Shown here piece after piece: positions 1-11,374 of a stretch of DNA of 64,000 nt. The stretch covers positions 7,759 through 71,758 of the forward strand of contig JANNGP010000175.1 of assembly GCA_031403915.1 (NCBI GenBank), read 5' to 3'. Positions within the stretch are counted from its first letter, which is position 1. Each line of letters opens with the position of its first letter. Below the pieces are notes generated by a model. That model was not told the DNA's origin and did not search any database. It saw only the letters and a program-made list of their open reading frames with translations. The DNA is from Betaproteobacteria bacterium (lineage in GTDB: Bacteria > Pseudomonadota > Gammaproteobacteria > Burkholderiales > Rhodocyclaceae). Position numbers and translations under genes: made by a program.

Positions 1-2
1 GC

Positions 3-36
3 AAAAACGCCATACCGCCGTCAGGTGGTATGGCGT
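3..36 (-). terminator. Intrinsic terminator downstream of the lactate permease
   Basis: Hairpin ACGCCATACC(GCC)-GTCA-(GGT)GGTATGGCGT with an A5 run on its left, giving a U-tract on the minus strand, 20 nt past the stop. Confidence 0.8.
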
Positions 37-56
37 CCAAATCTACTCCCGATGCA

Positions 57-1706
57 TTACTTGACCGGGGGGAAATACCAAGGCATGAGATAAGCCAGTA
101 TGAGAATCACAACAATGCCTATGCCCAACAAGACAAACGCATACCTGACCGTTTTGTTAAGAATGTCACCTTCCCTGCCAACCAGTCCGGTTGCTGCAGT
201 AGCAATCGCGATGGATTGTGGAGAAATCAACTTACCCATGACCGCGCCCACCATGCTGGCGGTAACGGTGATCAGCGGATTAAGCTCCAGTTGCATGGCT
301 GTAACACGCTGCAGGTTGCCGAACAACGCACTGGATGACGTAACCGATCCGGTAAGGAAGGTGCCCACGAAACCAATGAAAGGTGAAAACACCAGGAACA
401 TTGCGCCCGTTGCAGCAAATGCCAGTCCCATTGTGAAGGTAACACCTGCATAGTTGGAAAGGTGTGCAATGGAAAGAACGCAGATGATGGTGAGCATTGC
501 AAACTTGAGTTGAACGAAAGTTTCTTTCAAGACCTGGAAGAAGGTTGAAGCCTTCATCCTGAAAATAAACATCGTGATCACGGCAACAATTAACAGTGCT
601 GTGCCGATTGCGGCAAACATGTCAAATGCGAAGGCTGCCTTGTAAATTTCCGGTGCCTTTACGATCGGTGCCACCTTATAAACCACGCCGTTTAGACCAG
701 GCCAGCCTCCGGGCATCGAGATGATAAGACCCAAGCTCTTGGAGAAGGCTTTAAACGCCTGAGTAGACCAAATAAACATGAACACCGTAACCAGAATAAA
801 CGGGGTCCATGCATACAGGGTTGTGCTTTTTGGGTAAGTTGTTTGCGCCGAGTCTGCAATCGGCGCGTCACTATCAAAGCGCCAGATCGTGGCAGGCTTC
901 CAGAATTTCAGGAAGATAATTACGCAAACCAGAGAAATCAGCGGAGCTAGCAGACTTGGCAGCGCTGGCCCCATATACTGCGTCACAATCCAGTTTGGAA
1001 TGATGTAGGAGATACTCGCAACGATACACACTGGCAGAACTTCCTTGGCTGCCTTCCACCCACTCATGACAACAAGCATGAATATTGGAATGATCACAGC
1101 ATAAAAGCACATGACGCCGCCAACCGAAGCGGTAACAATGTTGGCATCAATCCCTGAAACGTTTGCCATTGTGATGGTCGGCATACCCACCGGGCCGAAT
1201 GGAACAGGAACTGTGTTGCCTACCAGACAGACAATTGCCGCGGGTAACACAGGAAAGCCGAGGCCAATCAACATGGCCGCTGCAATCGCGACTGGTGCAC
1301 CTTGGGCGGTTGTTCCCTCAAGGAATGCGGAAAAGCAAAAGCCGATCAAAATGGCTTGAATGCGTCTGTCGTTGGAAACGGTTGCGATGGACGACTTGAT
1401 AATCTCAAAATTGCCGGATTTGATAATCAGGTTGTACATGAAAACTGCGAAGAAGATCAACCAACATAGGGGTAACAGACCGTTCGCCACGCCAAAGGCT
1501 GTTGCCGCAAGAGTCGTTGTTATTGGCATATTGAAAACGATCACGGCCACCAGCATGGTGAGCACCAAAGTGAAGAAGGTGGCCAGATGGCCCTTCATCC
1601 TTTTTATCGCCAATGCCCAAAACAGAAAAAACATGGGTATAGCTGCGCATAACGCTGTTAGAAAGACACTCCCATTTACAGCAAAATAATTCTGATGCCA
1701 CTGCAT
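57..1706 (-). CDS. lctP: L-lactate permease (LctP/LldP family)
   Basis: 549-aa polytopic membrane protein with family motifs QAILIGFCFSAFLEG, GNTVPVPFGPVG, GSVTSSSALFGNLQ and GKLISPQSIAIA. Confidence 0.9.
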   Translation of the reverse strand: MQWHQNYFAVNGSVFLTALCAAIPMFFLFWALAIKRMKGHLATFFTLVLTMLVAVIVFNMPITTTLAATAFGVANGLLPLCWLIFFAVFMYNLIIKSGNFEIIKSSIATVSNDRRIQAILIGFCFSAFLEGTTAQGAPVAIAAAMLIGLGFPVLPAAIVCLVGNTVPVPFGPVGMPTITMANVSGIDANIVTASVGGVMCFYAVIIPIFMLVVMSGWKAAKEVLPVCIVASISYIIPNWIVTQYMGPALPSLLAPLISLVCVIIFLKFWKPATIWRFDSDAPIADSAQTTYPKSTTLYAWTPFILVTVFMFIWSTQAFKAFSKSLGLIISMPGGWPGLNGVVYKVAPIVKAPEIYKAAFAFDMFAAIGTALLIVAVITMFIFRMKASTFFQVLKETFVQLKFAMLTIICVLSIAHLSNYAGVTFTMGLAFAATGAMFLVFSPFIGFVGTFLTGSVTSSSALFGNLQRVTAMQLELNPLITVTASMVGAVMGKLISPQSIAIATAATGLVGREGDILNKTVRYAFVLLGIGIVVILILAYLMPWYFPPVK

Positions 1707-1844
1707 AGCATTACTCCCTCTAGGTTATGAATTATGTTGTATGAAAAGAATGGAGATGAACCCAGGAATTATCAAAATATTGTTTTAAACCAGACCCCCA
1801 CATTTATATAAAAAGCATTTGCCACTGCTTCACGCAATGAGCAA

Positions 1845-1860
1845 TGCATGCAAATTGCCA
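1845..1860 (-). promoter_or_regulatory. Candidate sigma-54 promoter for lctP
   Basis: Minus strand reads TGGCAATTTGCATGCA, i.e. GG-N10-GC with TGGCA and TGCA boxes, about 140 nt upstream of the start in an AT-rich intergenic region. Confidence 0.5.
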
Positions 1861-1978
1861 TAAAACCACTTTTGAGTATAGGGTTTAAATTGACAAAAGT
1901 GTAATGACAAAAAGACACTAATTTACGCATGGGAAAATGGCTTCCCTTATTGGCAAATAAACAAGGACAGTCGAAATA

Positions 1979-2006
1979 AAAACGGCGCCCCGCAGGGCGC
2001 CGTTTT
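1979..2006 (-). terminator. Intrinsic terminator after acnB (possibly bidirectional)
   Basis: Perfect hairpin AAAACGGCGCCC-CGCA-GGGCGCCGTTTT. Confidence 0.85.
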
Positions 2007-2030
2007 CAGGCTTGTAAAACCGCGAGGAGC

Positions 2031-4640
2031 TTAAAGCGTAACCGTCTCCGCCACATCACGGAACTCGGCGATCTTGTCGAAGTTCATGTAGCGATACACG
2101 TCGGCAGCCTTGGCATTCACCACTTTGACCTGTTCCATGTACTCGGCCACGGTCGGGATCTTGCCCATCAGCGCACAGATGGCGGCCAGTTCGGCCGAGC
2201 CGAGATAGACAAAGGTGTCGATGCCGAGACGGTTGGGGAAGTTGCGCGTCGAGGTCGAAATCGCCGTGCTGCCCTTCTTGATCTGCGCCTGGTTGCCCAT
2301 GCACAGCGAACAACCTGGCATTTCCATACGCGCGCCGCTCTTGCCGAGGATGGCGTAGTAACCTTCTTCGTTGAGGATCATGGCGTCCATCTTGGTCGGC
2401 GGGGCGATCCACAGGCGGGTCGGGAGGTCGCTCTTACCTTCGAGCACCTTGCCGGCGGCACGGAAGTGGCCGATGTTGGTCATGCACGAGCCGATGAAGA
2501 CTTCGTCGATTTTGGTGCCGGCGACTTCGGAGAGAAACTTCACATCGTCCGGGTCGTTCGGGCAGGCGACGATCGGTTCCTTGACGTCGGCCAGATCAAT
2601 CTCGATCACGGCGGCGTACTGGGCATCGGCATCGGCCTTGAGCAATTGCGGATTGGCGATCCAAGCCTGCATGGCCTTGATTCGGCGAGCAAGGGTGCGT
2701 GCATCGGCGTAGCCGTTGGCGATCATCCACTTCATCAGCGTGATGTTGGAAGTCATGTATTCGATGATCGGCGCCTTGTCCAGATGCACGGTGCAACCCG
2801 CAGCGGAACGCTCGGCCGAGGCATCGGAGAGTTCAAACGCTTGCTCGACCTTGAGATCGGGCAGGCCTTCAATTTCCAGGATGCGACCCGAGAAGATGTT
2901 CTTCTTGCCCTGCTTGGCGACGGTCAGCAACCCTTGCTTGATGGCGTAGTAAGGAATGGCGTTGACCAGATCACGCAGCGTGACGCCGTCCTGCAGCTTG
3001 CCCTTGTAGCGCACTAAAACAGATTCCGGCATATCCAGCGGCATGACACCGGTGGCGGCAGCAAAGGCCACCAGACCGGAGCCGGCCGGGAAGGAAATGC
3101 CGATCGGGAAACGCGTGTGCGAATCACCGCCGGTACCCACGGTATCGGGCAGCAACAGGCGGTTGAGCCAGCTATGGATGATGCCGTCACCCGGACGCAG
3201 CGACACGCCGCCACGGGTAGTAATAAAACTCGGCAGCGTGCGATGGGTATTGACATCAACCAGCTTCGGGTAGGCCGCCGTGTGGCAGAAGGATTGCATC
3301 ACCATATCCGCCGAGAAACCGAGGCAAGCCAGATCCTTGAGCTCGTCGCGCGTCATCGGGCCGGTGGTGTCTTGCGAACCGACAGTAGCCATTTTTGGCT
3401 CACAGTAAGTGCCGGGAATAACGCCCCGCTGTTGACCATTTTCTTCAGGCAAGCCGCAGGCGCGTCCAACCATCTTCTGTGCCAGCGTGTAGCCCGTGCC
3501 GGTATCGGCGGGATTGTGCGGCAGACGGAACAGTGTTGACACCGGAAGCCCGAGTGCCTCACGCGCCTTGGCCGTGAGGCCACGCCCGATGATCAGCGGA
3601 ATGCGGCCGCCGGCGCGCACTTCGTCGAGAATGACTGGTGTCTTGAGCTGTGATTCAGCAATGACCTTGCCGTTCTTGAACGCGGTAACTTTCGTCGTCG
3701 CCATGTCAATATTGAGCTCGATCTCGTCGCCCATATTCATTTCGGAAGCGTCGATTTCGACCGGTAACGCACCGGCATCTTCCATGGTGTTGAAGAAGAT
3801 CGGCGCGATCTTGGTGCCCAGGCAGAAACCGCCGAAACGCTTGTTCGGCACGAAGGGGATGTCTTCGCCGGTAAACCACAGCACCGAATTGGTTGCCGAC
3901 TTGCGCGAAGAACCGGTACCTACCACGTCACCAACGTAAGCGATCAGGTTGCCCTTTTTGGCCAGCGCTTCGAGTTGCTTGAGCGGGCCGCGATTGCCCG
4001 GCTCGTCGGCTTCGATGCCGGGACGCGGGTTCTTGAGCATGGCCAGCGCATGCAACGGAATGTCAGGCCGCGACCAGGCATCCGGCGCAGGTGAGAGGTC
4101 GTCGGTATTGGTTTCGCCAGTGACCTTGAACACAGTGAGCTTTTGTGACGTGGGCACTTCCGGACGCGAGGTGAACCACTCGGCGTCAGCCCACGACTGC
4201 AGTACGGATTTGGCGTTGCTGTTTCCTTTGTCAGCGAGTTCCTTCACGTCATGGAAGAAGTCGAATACGAGCAGGGTCTTTTTCAGCGCTTCGGCAGCCA
4301 CGCCACCGATTTCGGCATCACCCAGCACGTCGATCAGCGGCTTGACGTTGTAACCGCCGAGCATGGTGCCAAGCAGTTCAGCCGCCTTGGCTTTGGAGAT
4401 CAGCGCGCACTTTTCTTCACCCTTGGCGACCTTGGCCAGAAACTCGGCCTTAACCTTGGCGGCGTCATCCACACCAGCGGGAACGCGATAGGTGATCAAT
4501 TCGACCAACACCTGCTCTTCGCCCTTCGGCGGATTTTTGAGCAGCGCAATCAGTTCGGCAGTCTGCTTTGCAGTCAGCGGGAGGGGCGGAATACCAAGCG
4601 CAGCGCGCTCGGCGACATGGGCACGATAGGATTCAAGCAC
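2031..4640 (-). CDS. acnB: Aconitate hydratase B
   Basis: Typical AcnB N-terminus [21 protein letters not shown] from GTG 4640 with a GGAAAGGA RBS; motifs [36 protein letters not shown] and TSTRNFPNR. Confidence 0.97.
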   Translation of the reverse strand: MLESYRAHVAERAALGIPPLPLTAKQTAELIALLKNPPKGEEQVLVELITYRVPAGVDDAAKVKAEFLAKVAKGEEKCALISKAKAAELLGTMLGGYNVKPLIDVLGDAEIGGVAAEALKKTLLVFDFFHDVKELADKGNSNAKSVLQSWADAEWFTSRPEVPTSQKLTVFKVTGETNTDDLSPAPDAWSRPDIPLHALAMLKNPRPGIEADEPGNRGPLKQLEALAKKGNLIAYVGDVVGTGSSRKSATNSVLWFTGEDIPFVPNKRFGGFCLGTKIAPIFFNTMEDAGALPVEIDASEMNMGDEIELNIDMATTKVTAFKNGKVIAESQLKTPVILDEVRAGGRIPLIIGRGLTAKAREALGLPVSTLFRLPHNPADTGTGYTLAQKMVGRACGLPEENGQQRGVIPGTYCEPKMATVGSQDTTGPMTRDELKDLACLGFSADMVMQSFCHTAAYPKLVDVNTHRTLPSFITTRGGVSLRPGDGIIHSWLNRLLLPDTVGTGGDSHTRFPIGISFPAGSGLVAFAAATGVMPLDMPESVLVRYKGKLQDGVTLRDLVNAIPYYAIKQGLLTVAKQGKKNIFSGRILEIEGLPDLKVEQAFELSDASAERSAAGCTVHLDKAPIIEYMTSNITLMKWMIANGYADARTLARRIKAMQAWIANPQLLKADADAQYAAVIEIDLADVKEPIVACPNDPDDVKFLSEVAGTKIDEVFIGSCMTNIGHFRAAGKVLEGKSDLPTRLWIAPPTKMDAMILNEEGYYAILGKSGARMEMPGCSLCMGNQAQIKKGSTAISTSTRNFPNRLGIDTFVYLGSAELAAICALMGKIPTVAEYMEQVKVVNAKAADVYRYMNFDKIAEFRDVAETVTL

Positions 4641-4955
4641 GGCAACATCCTTTCCAAAAACAGATTGCACAACAAACCTTGCGACCGGCGGCCGCCCTCT
4701 CAAGTCTTATATATGTTATAGGATTCCGAAAGCACTGTGAAGTTCGACAAACAATACGCAATATAGCCTTTTTGCCTGGCTTAAGCACCGAGCTGGGAGC
4801 CGCGCAGAATGGCGGTCTACAAAACAATATCTCCGAAAACAAAGCAGGCGGCTGATTGCAAAGCACTATGCTGTGCAGGGCACGTAGATATTAGCTTCCA
4901 CAGCAGCCATAACGCAGACCGCCAACCCGTGCGCCTCGCAGGGCAGCACATCGGA

Positions 4956-5177
4956 CTAAACCCCCGTCACCGGTTCGACCAATTCCACCGACTCGCCACC
5001 ATAATTCACCCGCTGGCCCGGCCGCAGTTTGGCGCGCTTGCGCGTTTCGACTACGCCATCGACCATCACCTTGCCAGCGCCGATTTCACTATGGGCAAAA
5101 CCGCCGGAATGACACAACCCGGTCGTTTTGAGCAGTTGATCGAGCTGAATGTATTCACCACGCACTTCGAGAATCAT
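4956..5177 (-). CDS. S4-domain RNA-binding protein (YbcJ/YaaA-S4 like)
   Basis: 73 aa; EYIQLDQLLK...SGG...V.VDG.VETRKRAKLRPG pattern. Confidence 0.85.
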   Translation of the reverse strand: MILEVRGEYIQLDQLLKTTGLCHSGGFAHSEIGAGKVMVDGVVETRKRAKLRPGQRVNYGGESVELVEPVTGV

Positions 5178-5186
5178 TGTTTTCCT

Positions 5187-5510
5187 TTATACCAAAGAGG
5201 CCAGACCGTGACGTGCCCGTGCCCGCGCACAGGCATCACAACCCGCCTCAAGCTCACGACAAGGCGACGGGCGGGCGTCATAAATCGAACAGGCAACACG
5301 CTGACCGATATCTCCGGACAACGCCTCACAGCGCGGCGGCGAGGCATCCGTGCCAGTCATGCGGACAAGCTGCGCAGTCACCGGCACTGTGTGCGCCAAC
5401 GGCACGCCGCCTGCCCACGCAAACTGTCCGCCGGCAAGTTCCAGCGGATGAAAGTCGACACGAAAGGCCGCACAGCACGCACCACAGGAAAGGCAGACAT
5501 GATCAGGCAT
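5187..5510 (-). CDS. YkgJ-family cysteine-cluster protein
   Basis: CLSCGACCAAFRVDF, RCEAL.G.IG, CSIYDARPSPCREL and CARAR; start moved to ATG 5510. Confidence 0.85.
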   Translation of the reverse strand: MPDHVCLSCGACCAAFRVDFHPLELAGGQFAWAGGVPLAHTVPVTAQLVRMTGTDASPPRCEALSGDIGQRVACSIYDARPSPCRELEAGCDACARARARHGLASLV

Positions 5511-5603
5511 AATGGCCGAACACAGGCATCGTAAGCGGCGGATTGTCTCGTAGTTCAAGGCCGCCAGCAATGCGCACGCTCAATTTCGGAGTTATAACCG
5601 TCC

Positions 5604-6410
5604 ATGCAACAATCCCCAATGCTCTCCCTGCTCGCCGCCCTGCTGCTCATGCCTGCCGCCGCCGCTGCCAACGAGCCGAGCGAAACCATCCGCAGCGCGC
5701 GCTATGCCGAACCGGTCGAGCGCTACGGGCATTTCGCGCTGGGCAAGCCGCACGAATACGCACGCCTGAACGTCACCGGCAGCAGCGGGAAGTCGTACGA
5801 ATTCGCCCTCCCCGACGATGAGGTGTTTGAGGATCTGTCACCGCGTTTGGTCAAAATGACGGCGGACGGGGACACCGAACTGTTGGTGATCATCAGCAAT
5901 AAGCGCAGCGGTGCGCGCATGGCGCTGATCCGGCTTCAAGCCGGCAGGCTGGAGATCGCCGCCCAATCCGCAGCCATCGGCCAGCCCAATCGCTGGCTGA
6001 ATCCGGTGGGCGTCAGTGATCTGGATGCGGACGGGCAGGCTGAAATCGCCGCTGTGATTACGCCGCACCTTGGCGGCACGCTGAAGATCTACCGCCGCAA
6101 AGCTGCCGAACTCGTTGAGGTCGCCACGCTCGGCGGTTTCTCCAACCACATTTACGGCTCACCCGAACTGGGCATGTCGCTGCCTTTCAACTATCAGGGG
6201 AAGGCCGTTCTGATCGTGCCGGACGCCATTCGCCAGAATCTGCGGATCGTAGCGCTGGATAATCAAACGCTGCGTGAAATAGCGCACTGCACATTCAACG
6301 TGCCGATCAACGGCGCAGTCACCCGTCGTACCAATGACTCACTTTCTGTCAGCACTTTTTCCAGCCGCAAGATCGTGAATCTTTCCGCGTGCCAGAAAAT
6401 CAGTCCCTAG
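5604..6410 (+). CDS. Secreted FG-GAP/VCBS-repeat-like protein
   Basis: Signal-peptide-like N-terminus; DLDADGQAEIAAVITPHLGG and ADGDTELLVI repeats. Confidence 0.65.
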   Translation: MQQSPMLSLLAALLLMPAAAAANEPSETIRSARYAEPVERYGHFALGKPHEYARLNVTGSSGKSYEFALPDDEVFEDLSPRLVKMTADGDTELLVIISNKRSGARMALIRLQAGRLEIAAQSAAIGQPNRWLNPVGVSDLDADGQAEIAAVITPHLGGTLKIYRRKAAELVEVATLGGFSNHIYGSPELGMSLPFNYQGKAVLIVPDAIRQNLRIVALDNQTLREIAHCTFNVPINGAVTRRTNDSLSVSTFSSRKIVNLSACQKISP

Positions 6411-7071
6411 CCAAAGTCAGAGCCGCACGAAACAAGGCGTGTCCCGAATCCAAGTATTTACGCTCAAACGGTGTGAGCGGATTCGCCGTACCATACTCCT
6501 CGCACACCGGCGTTTTCTGTGTGATGAAATTCACCGCAAAACAAAACTCCTCGACGTAGATGCGCCAGTTGCTGCGGCACTCCAGAACCCCGCCCAGTTC
6601 AAGCATCGACATGAACACGGGATGGCCGTGCCAGCGCCGCGAGAGGTGGCCGATCTTGGGCCACGGATTGGGATAGAGCAGATAGTGCCGATCCAGACGG
6701 AGGCCGGCGTCGTTCATCAATCGCCAGTAGTCGACGAGATCGGCGCGCACCAACTCAATATTGGGTGGCAGGGGGTCACGCTTTTCGCGCATCAGGCGCG
6801 ACTCGGATTGATCCACGCCAATGACGTAATGATCGGGAAAGGCCTGCGCCAGCGCGATGCTGCTCTCACCCGTGCCGCAGCACGAATCCAGTATCAGCGG
6901 CGCATGCGGTGCCACCCGCTCGCGCCGCGCCATGCTCGACTCAAAAGCGGCCCGGTTGTAATCGGCATAGGGCTTACAGAATGGTGCATCACGATGACGC
7001 GCAAGGAGCAATCCAAGCCGTTCGTGGATACCGGTCTGGGCGCTGACTGGCACACTGGAATTGGCGCGCAT
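6400..7071 (-). CDS. TrmB-like class I SAM-dependent methyltransferase
   Basis: LDSCCGTG SAM motif, VIGVDQS, and HYLLYPNPWPK resembling the TrmB FPDPWPK motif. Confidence 0.7.
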   Translation of the reverse strand: MRANSSVPVSAQTGIHERLGLLLARHRDAPFCKPYADYNRAAFESSMARRERVAPHAPLILDSCCGTGESSIALAQAFPDHYVIGVDQSESRLMREKRDPLPPNIELVRADLVDYWRLMNDAGLRLDRHYLLYPNPWPKIGHLSRRWHGHPVFMSMLELGGVLECRSNWRIYVEEFCFAVNFITQKTPVCEEYGTANPLTPFERKYLDSGHALFRAALTLARD

Positions 7072-7137
7072 GCTTAGGGTGTTCTCTCAGGCTTTGGGCA
7101 CCATGCACGAGCCATCTGTATCTGCAGGTGGGGCTTA

Positions 7138-8709
7138 TCAGTTATCGATCAGCGACGACGTCTGCACGCCGATGCGCACGTTGCCCCAGTGCTTGCCAGC
7201 CACCATCAGCGGGAAGGCCATGTCGGACACGATTTCTCCGGTATCGCGCAGGTAGGTCTGTAGCAGGAGCGGGTCAGTATTGGCGGCGGCGCGTGTTTCG
7301 GTACCGTTCGCAAAGAAGCGCCTAGAGCGGTTGCCAACCAGATCGCGCTCGTAGTCGCCGGTCAGCGGCTCGCAGCGATTGTGCGACGGGCAATAGCCGT
7401 CGTTCGCCACGGGTATGCAGAAAAAAGTGGCCGGGATTTCCTTGAAATAGCGCTGCATGATCGGTTGCACACGCTGGTGCACGGCATCGTCGTAGCGGGT
7501 CGTGAATTTTTGCGGCTTGGTATTCGATATTTCGCGGTAGTTCTTGTCGAAGACATCAACACCACTGTCAGCGACGGCCTGAAGTTCACGTTGCATTTCG
7601 TCGCGAAAGCGCTCGCACAGGAGCAATGTTTTTTCGAGCGAACCACGACCAATCTTGCAGTTCGACACTTCCCGCATGACGAATTCAGCCTCATGCGAAA
7701 GATCAGTGGTGGCCTTCTCGGCGGCCTGCATGCGCTGGGCGACAGCCTGGCTGTGCGCTCGGATCTCGGTGACACGCGCATGTACGTTGACGTTGTTGCT
7801 GACGATTTCCTGCAGCGCCGTCGAGATAGTAGCCAGCGCCGTGGCCGATTCCTCGAAATCGCCGACAAGGCGGCCGAAGTGCCCCGCCGCTTTTTCGACA
7901 ACTCCCTGTGAATGCACGGTGTCCTCGCTGATCACCGCGGTTTCGGTCTGGATATGCTCGACCTGAGCACGCATGCCGCTGATGTCGTCGCTGATCTGGC
8001 CGGTGGACTGCTTCACCTTCTCGGCCAGCTTCCTGACTTCATCAGCAACCACGGCAAAGCCACGGCCGGCCTCGCCCGCGCGGGCCGCCTCGATGGCGGC
8101 GTTGAGAGCCAGCAAATTGGTCTGGTCGGAAATTTCCTTGATGACGCCGACGATGGCCTGGATACTCTCGGAACGATTGTTGAGATGGTGGACGTTGTCG
8201 CGGAAGTCTTGAACCTTCTGCTTTACGCTGGCGATGCGCCGCGAGGCATCCTGCATCTCGCCGTAGGCTTCGTGGGCGTGCGCCAGATTATCCTCGGTCA
8301 GCCCGGCGATTCGCGTCGCGCTGTCAGACGCGGCGGCAAGTGATTCGCTGGCTCGTGTCGACGCCTCGTAGACGCCCTTAGCCAGCTCTTCCTGCTCCTG
8401 CGCGCGCGTATTGACTTCTGCAATCTCCTTGCGCACGCCGCCCGAGCTGAAGGCGATCGACAGCGTGTGCGAGCGCACGTCGCCCAGCATCTTCTGAAGT
8501 TTTTCGAGGAAGCTGTTGAAGCCACGAGCAATCGGCGCCGACGCCCCCGTCGCGTCGAGATTCTGCGAAAAATCTGCAGCCTGCCCGCCAAGGCGGTCAA
8601 AATACTCGGCGACGACATCCCGAACAGCAGCACGCCCACGCAGCAACGCCATGCCTGCTGCGCCGGCAACGAGACCGGCAAGCAAGCAACCGATTGAAGT
8701 GGCATCCAT
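7138..8709 (-). CDS. Methyl-accepting chemotaxis protein with an extra C-terminal domain
   Basis: [35 protein letters not shown] signature; one N-terminal hydrophobic segment; about 150 extra residues after the signalling domain; start moved to ATG 8709 with a GGGAGA RBS. Confidence 0.88.
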   Translation of the reverse strand: MDATSIGCLLAGLVAGAAGMALLRGRAAVRDVVAEYFDRLGGQAADFSQNLDATGASAPIARGFNSFLEKLQKMLGDVRSHTLSIAFSSGGVRKEIAEVNTRAQEQEELAKGVYEASTRASESLAAASDSATRIAGLTEDNLAHAHEAYGEMQDASRRIASVKQKVQDFRDNVHHLNNRSESIQAIVGVIKEISDQTNLLALNAAIEAARAGEAGRGFAVVADEVRKLAEKVKQSTGQISDDISGMRAQVEHIQTETAVISEDTVHSQGVVEKAAGHFGRLVGDFEESATALATISTALQEIVSNNVNVHARVTEIRAHSQAVAQRMQAAEKATTDLSHEAEFVMREVSNCKIGRGSLEKTLLLCERFRDEMQRELQAVADSGVDVFDKNYREISNTKPQKFTTRYDDAVHQRVQPIMQRYFKEIPATFFCIPVANDGYCPSHNRCEPLTGDYERDLVGNRSRRFFANGTETRAAANTDPLLLQTYLRDTGEIVSDMAFPLMVAGKHWGNVRIGVQTSSLIDN

Positions 8710-8764
8710 GATTGTCTCCCCTACCGTCGTCTTGAACGGAGCCCAGCATCTGTAAACCTGTGCA

Positions 8765-9751
8765 TCATCGCATAAGAATAGTGGAAAACGACGCGTCATA
8801 GCGCTTAAGTAAATTATCAATGTCAGGTGGCGCACGCAAGACCCGCACCTCGCTGTATAGCGCGTCGGCATCTGCAAAGGTTGTGCGTAGCGAGCCCAGC
8901 CAGAGCTTCAGCCGCCCCGGTGCATGATGCGGCTGTACCCGCGCCTGAATCTGCGCCCAGAAACTCGCGATCAGCACGAGACATTCCGGCCAGTCCGCCG
9001 CGCGATCTGCGGGCAGCACTTCTCCGGCGTTACTGGCCTTGATCCGCCGTGCCAGAAAGGGGTCGGTGACCGCACCGCGCCCGATCATCACATCAGCGCA
9101 ACCGCTCACTTCACGGCAACGCGCGTAATCCTGCGGCGTCCACACCTCGCCATTGGCGATCACCGGAATGCGCACCGCTTCACGAATGTGTGCCACCCAC
9201 TCCCAGTGTGCGGGCGGCTTGTAGCCTTCGAGTTTGGTCCGCGCATGTACAACGAGCGAGGCGGCACCCGCGGCCTCCATGGCTCGTGCGCAATCGAGCG
9301 CCTTGCCGGTATCCGCAACGCCGAGCCGCATCTTGGCCGAGACGGGAATGTGTGCCGGCACGACCGCGCGCACGGCCGCGACGATACGTTGAATACGCTC
9401 CGGCTCATCGAGCAGGATCGCGCCGCCGCCATGCAGATTGACCGTCGGTGCCGGGCAACCAAAATTGAGATCGATGCCGACCGGGCCGAGTGTTGAAAGT
9501 TGAGCCGCATTGTCGGCCATGCACGGCGGATCACTGCCGAGCAACTGCACGACAACCGGCGTACCGGCACGCGTGCGGCAGCCGCTGGCCAGCTCCGGGC
9601 ACTTGCGCAGAAAGGTGCGTGGTGGCAGCAAGGAGCCGGAAACGCGCACGAACTCGGTCACCGCACCATCGTAGCCACCAGCCTGCGTGAGCACGTCGCG
9701 CAGAACGTAGTCTGCCAGGCCTTCCATCGGCGCCAGAAACAGCTTACTCAT
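8765..9751 (-). CDS. dusC: tRNA-dihydrouridine synthase C
   Basis: [33 protein letters not shown] and VIANGEVWT motifs. Confidence 0.9.
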   Translation of the reverse strand: MSKLFLAPMEGLADYVLRDVLTQAGGYDGAVTEFVRVSGSLLPPRTFLRKCPELASGCRTRAGTPVVVQLLGSDPPCMADNAAQLSTLGPVGIDLNFGCPAPTVNLHGGGAILLDEPERIQRIVAAVRAVVPAHIPVSAKMRLGVADTGKALDCARAMEAAGAASLVVHARTKLEGYKPPAHWEWVAHIREAVRIPVIANGEVWTPQDYARCREVSGCADVMIGRGAVTDPFLARRIKASNAGEVLPADRAADWPECLVLIASFWAQIQARVQPHHAPGRLKLWLGSLRTTFADADALYSEVRVLRAPPDIDNLLKRYDASFSTILMR

Positions 9752-10161
9752 TCAGCCACACGGCCGCGCAGCACCTTTACCATGCCGCGCTTGACCTTGC
9801 TCTCGATCCGTTTCTTCTGCGCGCTGCGTGAGGGCTTGGTCGGCCGCCGTACAGCCGGCACAAAGGCGGCACGGGCGATCAACTCTCGCAAGCGGGTCAG
9901 GGCATCGATCCGGTTGCGCTCCAGACTGCGGTGTTGCTGCGCCTTGATAACCACCACGCCCTCGCTGCTGATCCGTTGGTCTCTCAATTCCAACAATCTG
10001 GTTTTTATCTCATCGGGCAGGGAAGATGCGCCAATGTCAAAACGCAGATGGATGGCGTTCGAGACCTTGTTGACGTTCTGGCCGCCGGCACCCTGCGCGC
10101 GAATGGCAATGAATTCAACTTCCTCTTCGCGCAGCAGGATATGTGGAGAATGGGCAGACAT
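9748..10161 (-). CDS. arfB: Alternative ribosome-rescue peptidyl-tRNA hydrolase ArfB (YaeJ)
   Basis: GAGGQNVNK GGQ motif and basic C-terminal tail RRPTKPSRSAQKKRIESK. Confidence 0.93.
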   Translation of the reverse strand: MSAHSPHILLREEEVEFIAIRAQGAGGQNVNKVSNAIHLRFDIGASSLPDEIKTRLLELRDQRISSEGVVVIKAQQHRSLERNRIDALTRLRELIARAAFVPAVRRPTKPSRSAQKKRIESKVKRGMVKVLRGRVAE

Positions 10162-10219
10162 GGGGTGATTAGTGCTTTCCGCGCTTCAACGCAGGGGGTG
10201 GCGCGCAGGGCTTGCTGGC

Positions 10220-11248
10220 TCAACCAAAGAGTGCGTCAATATCGAAATCGTCGTCGGCAGGCGCTTCGGACGCCCCCTTCTTGGCAATAGCCCCGTCTGC
10301 GATCAAGCGCTCGTAGCAGCACACCTGATTGCGGCCATGTTCCTTGGCGTAATAGAGCGCTTCGTCAGCCCGGCCAACCACGTCGGTCGGCACATCCATA
10401 CCGGACACGGCAGTGAACCCGATCGAGCAGGTGACCTTGCCGACCTGCGGAAATTCATAGGCCTCGACCGTTGTGCGAAAACGATTGAAGGCTGCCGAGG
10501 CCAGCTCTTCGGTTTCGGCATTGAGAATCACCACGAACTCTTCACCGCCGAAACGGAACAGCCGGTCACCGCCACGGAAAGTCTTGCGCATGAGCTCGCC
10601 CATACGCAGCAAAACTTCATCACCAAAGAGGTGTCCAAATGAATCGTTGACCCGCTTGAAGTGATCAATATCAATTACGCACAACCACGCCGGCGTGCCC
10701 TCATCAAGACCATTACGTCGATCCTCGAAGCCATCGTCGGGGGCATCCGTCGAAGAGGCGGTCAGCAGCCGGTCAAAAGTCTCGTCGAAGGTTTTGCGAT
10801 TAAGCAGACGGGTGAGCGTATCCAGCTCGCTGTAGTCGAGCAGCTTGATCTGGTTGCCATACATGCGTGCCAGACTGGAAATCTCTTCAGCATGATCGAC
10901 ACTATCCGCCTGATCAACGTCATAGGCCAGAATCATCTGGTCAGTGCCCAGTTCGGAGGACTGCAGTATCCGGGCGCCACAGTTGCGGCCATGAATGATA
11001 CGCGTAAGCAACTTCCCGTCGTTGCGCAGTTCTTCGAGAAACTCGGGCCACATAGTAACGGCCGATTCCATGATCGTCGGCCCTGAAAAAATCCGCAGAA
11101 TCAGCTCACCCTGCGGTTCGCGGGAGAAAATTCCAACATTCGCATCACTGCCCAGCAGTGTCCCTACGGCACGCAACAAGGCACGGGGCATTCTGTCCCG
11201 ATCTCTGCAAGAGGAAATCGCTTCAACGTTTTGCAGCAGGGACAACAC
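10220..11248 (-). CDS. Diguanylate cyclase (GGDEF domain)
   Basis: DTLTRLLNR, DIDHFKRVNDSFGHLFGD, intact RFGGEEF active site and RGGD I-site. Confidence 0.9.
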   Translation of the reverse strand: MLSLLQNVEAISSCRDRDRMPRALLRAVGTLLGSDANVGIFSREPQGELILRIFSGPTIMESAVTMWPEFLEELRNDGKLLTRIIHGRNCGARILQSSELGTDQMILAYDVDQADSVDHAEEISSLARMYGNQIKLLDYSELDTLTRLLNRKTFDETFDRLLTASSTDAPDDGFEDRRNGLDEGTPAWLCVIDIDHFKRVNDSFGHLFGDEVLLRMGELMRKTFRGGDRLFRFGGEEFVVILNAETEELASAAFNRFRTTVEAYEFPQVGKVTCSIGFTAVSGMDVPTDVVGRADEALYYAKEHGRNQVCCYERLIADGAIAKKGASEAPADDDFDIDALFG

Positions 11249-11374
11249 TATGTTGTACTTTCAAAAATAGCCGAATTGGCAAACACTGGCGGATATAGCG
11301 ATGGGAGCCCCATCAATTCTATGTGCGTATGCCGCACAGAACAACACTTGACACCATTATTTTCTGAGATTTCT

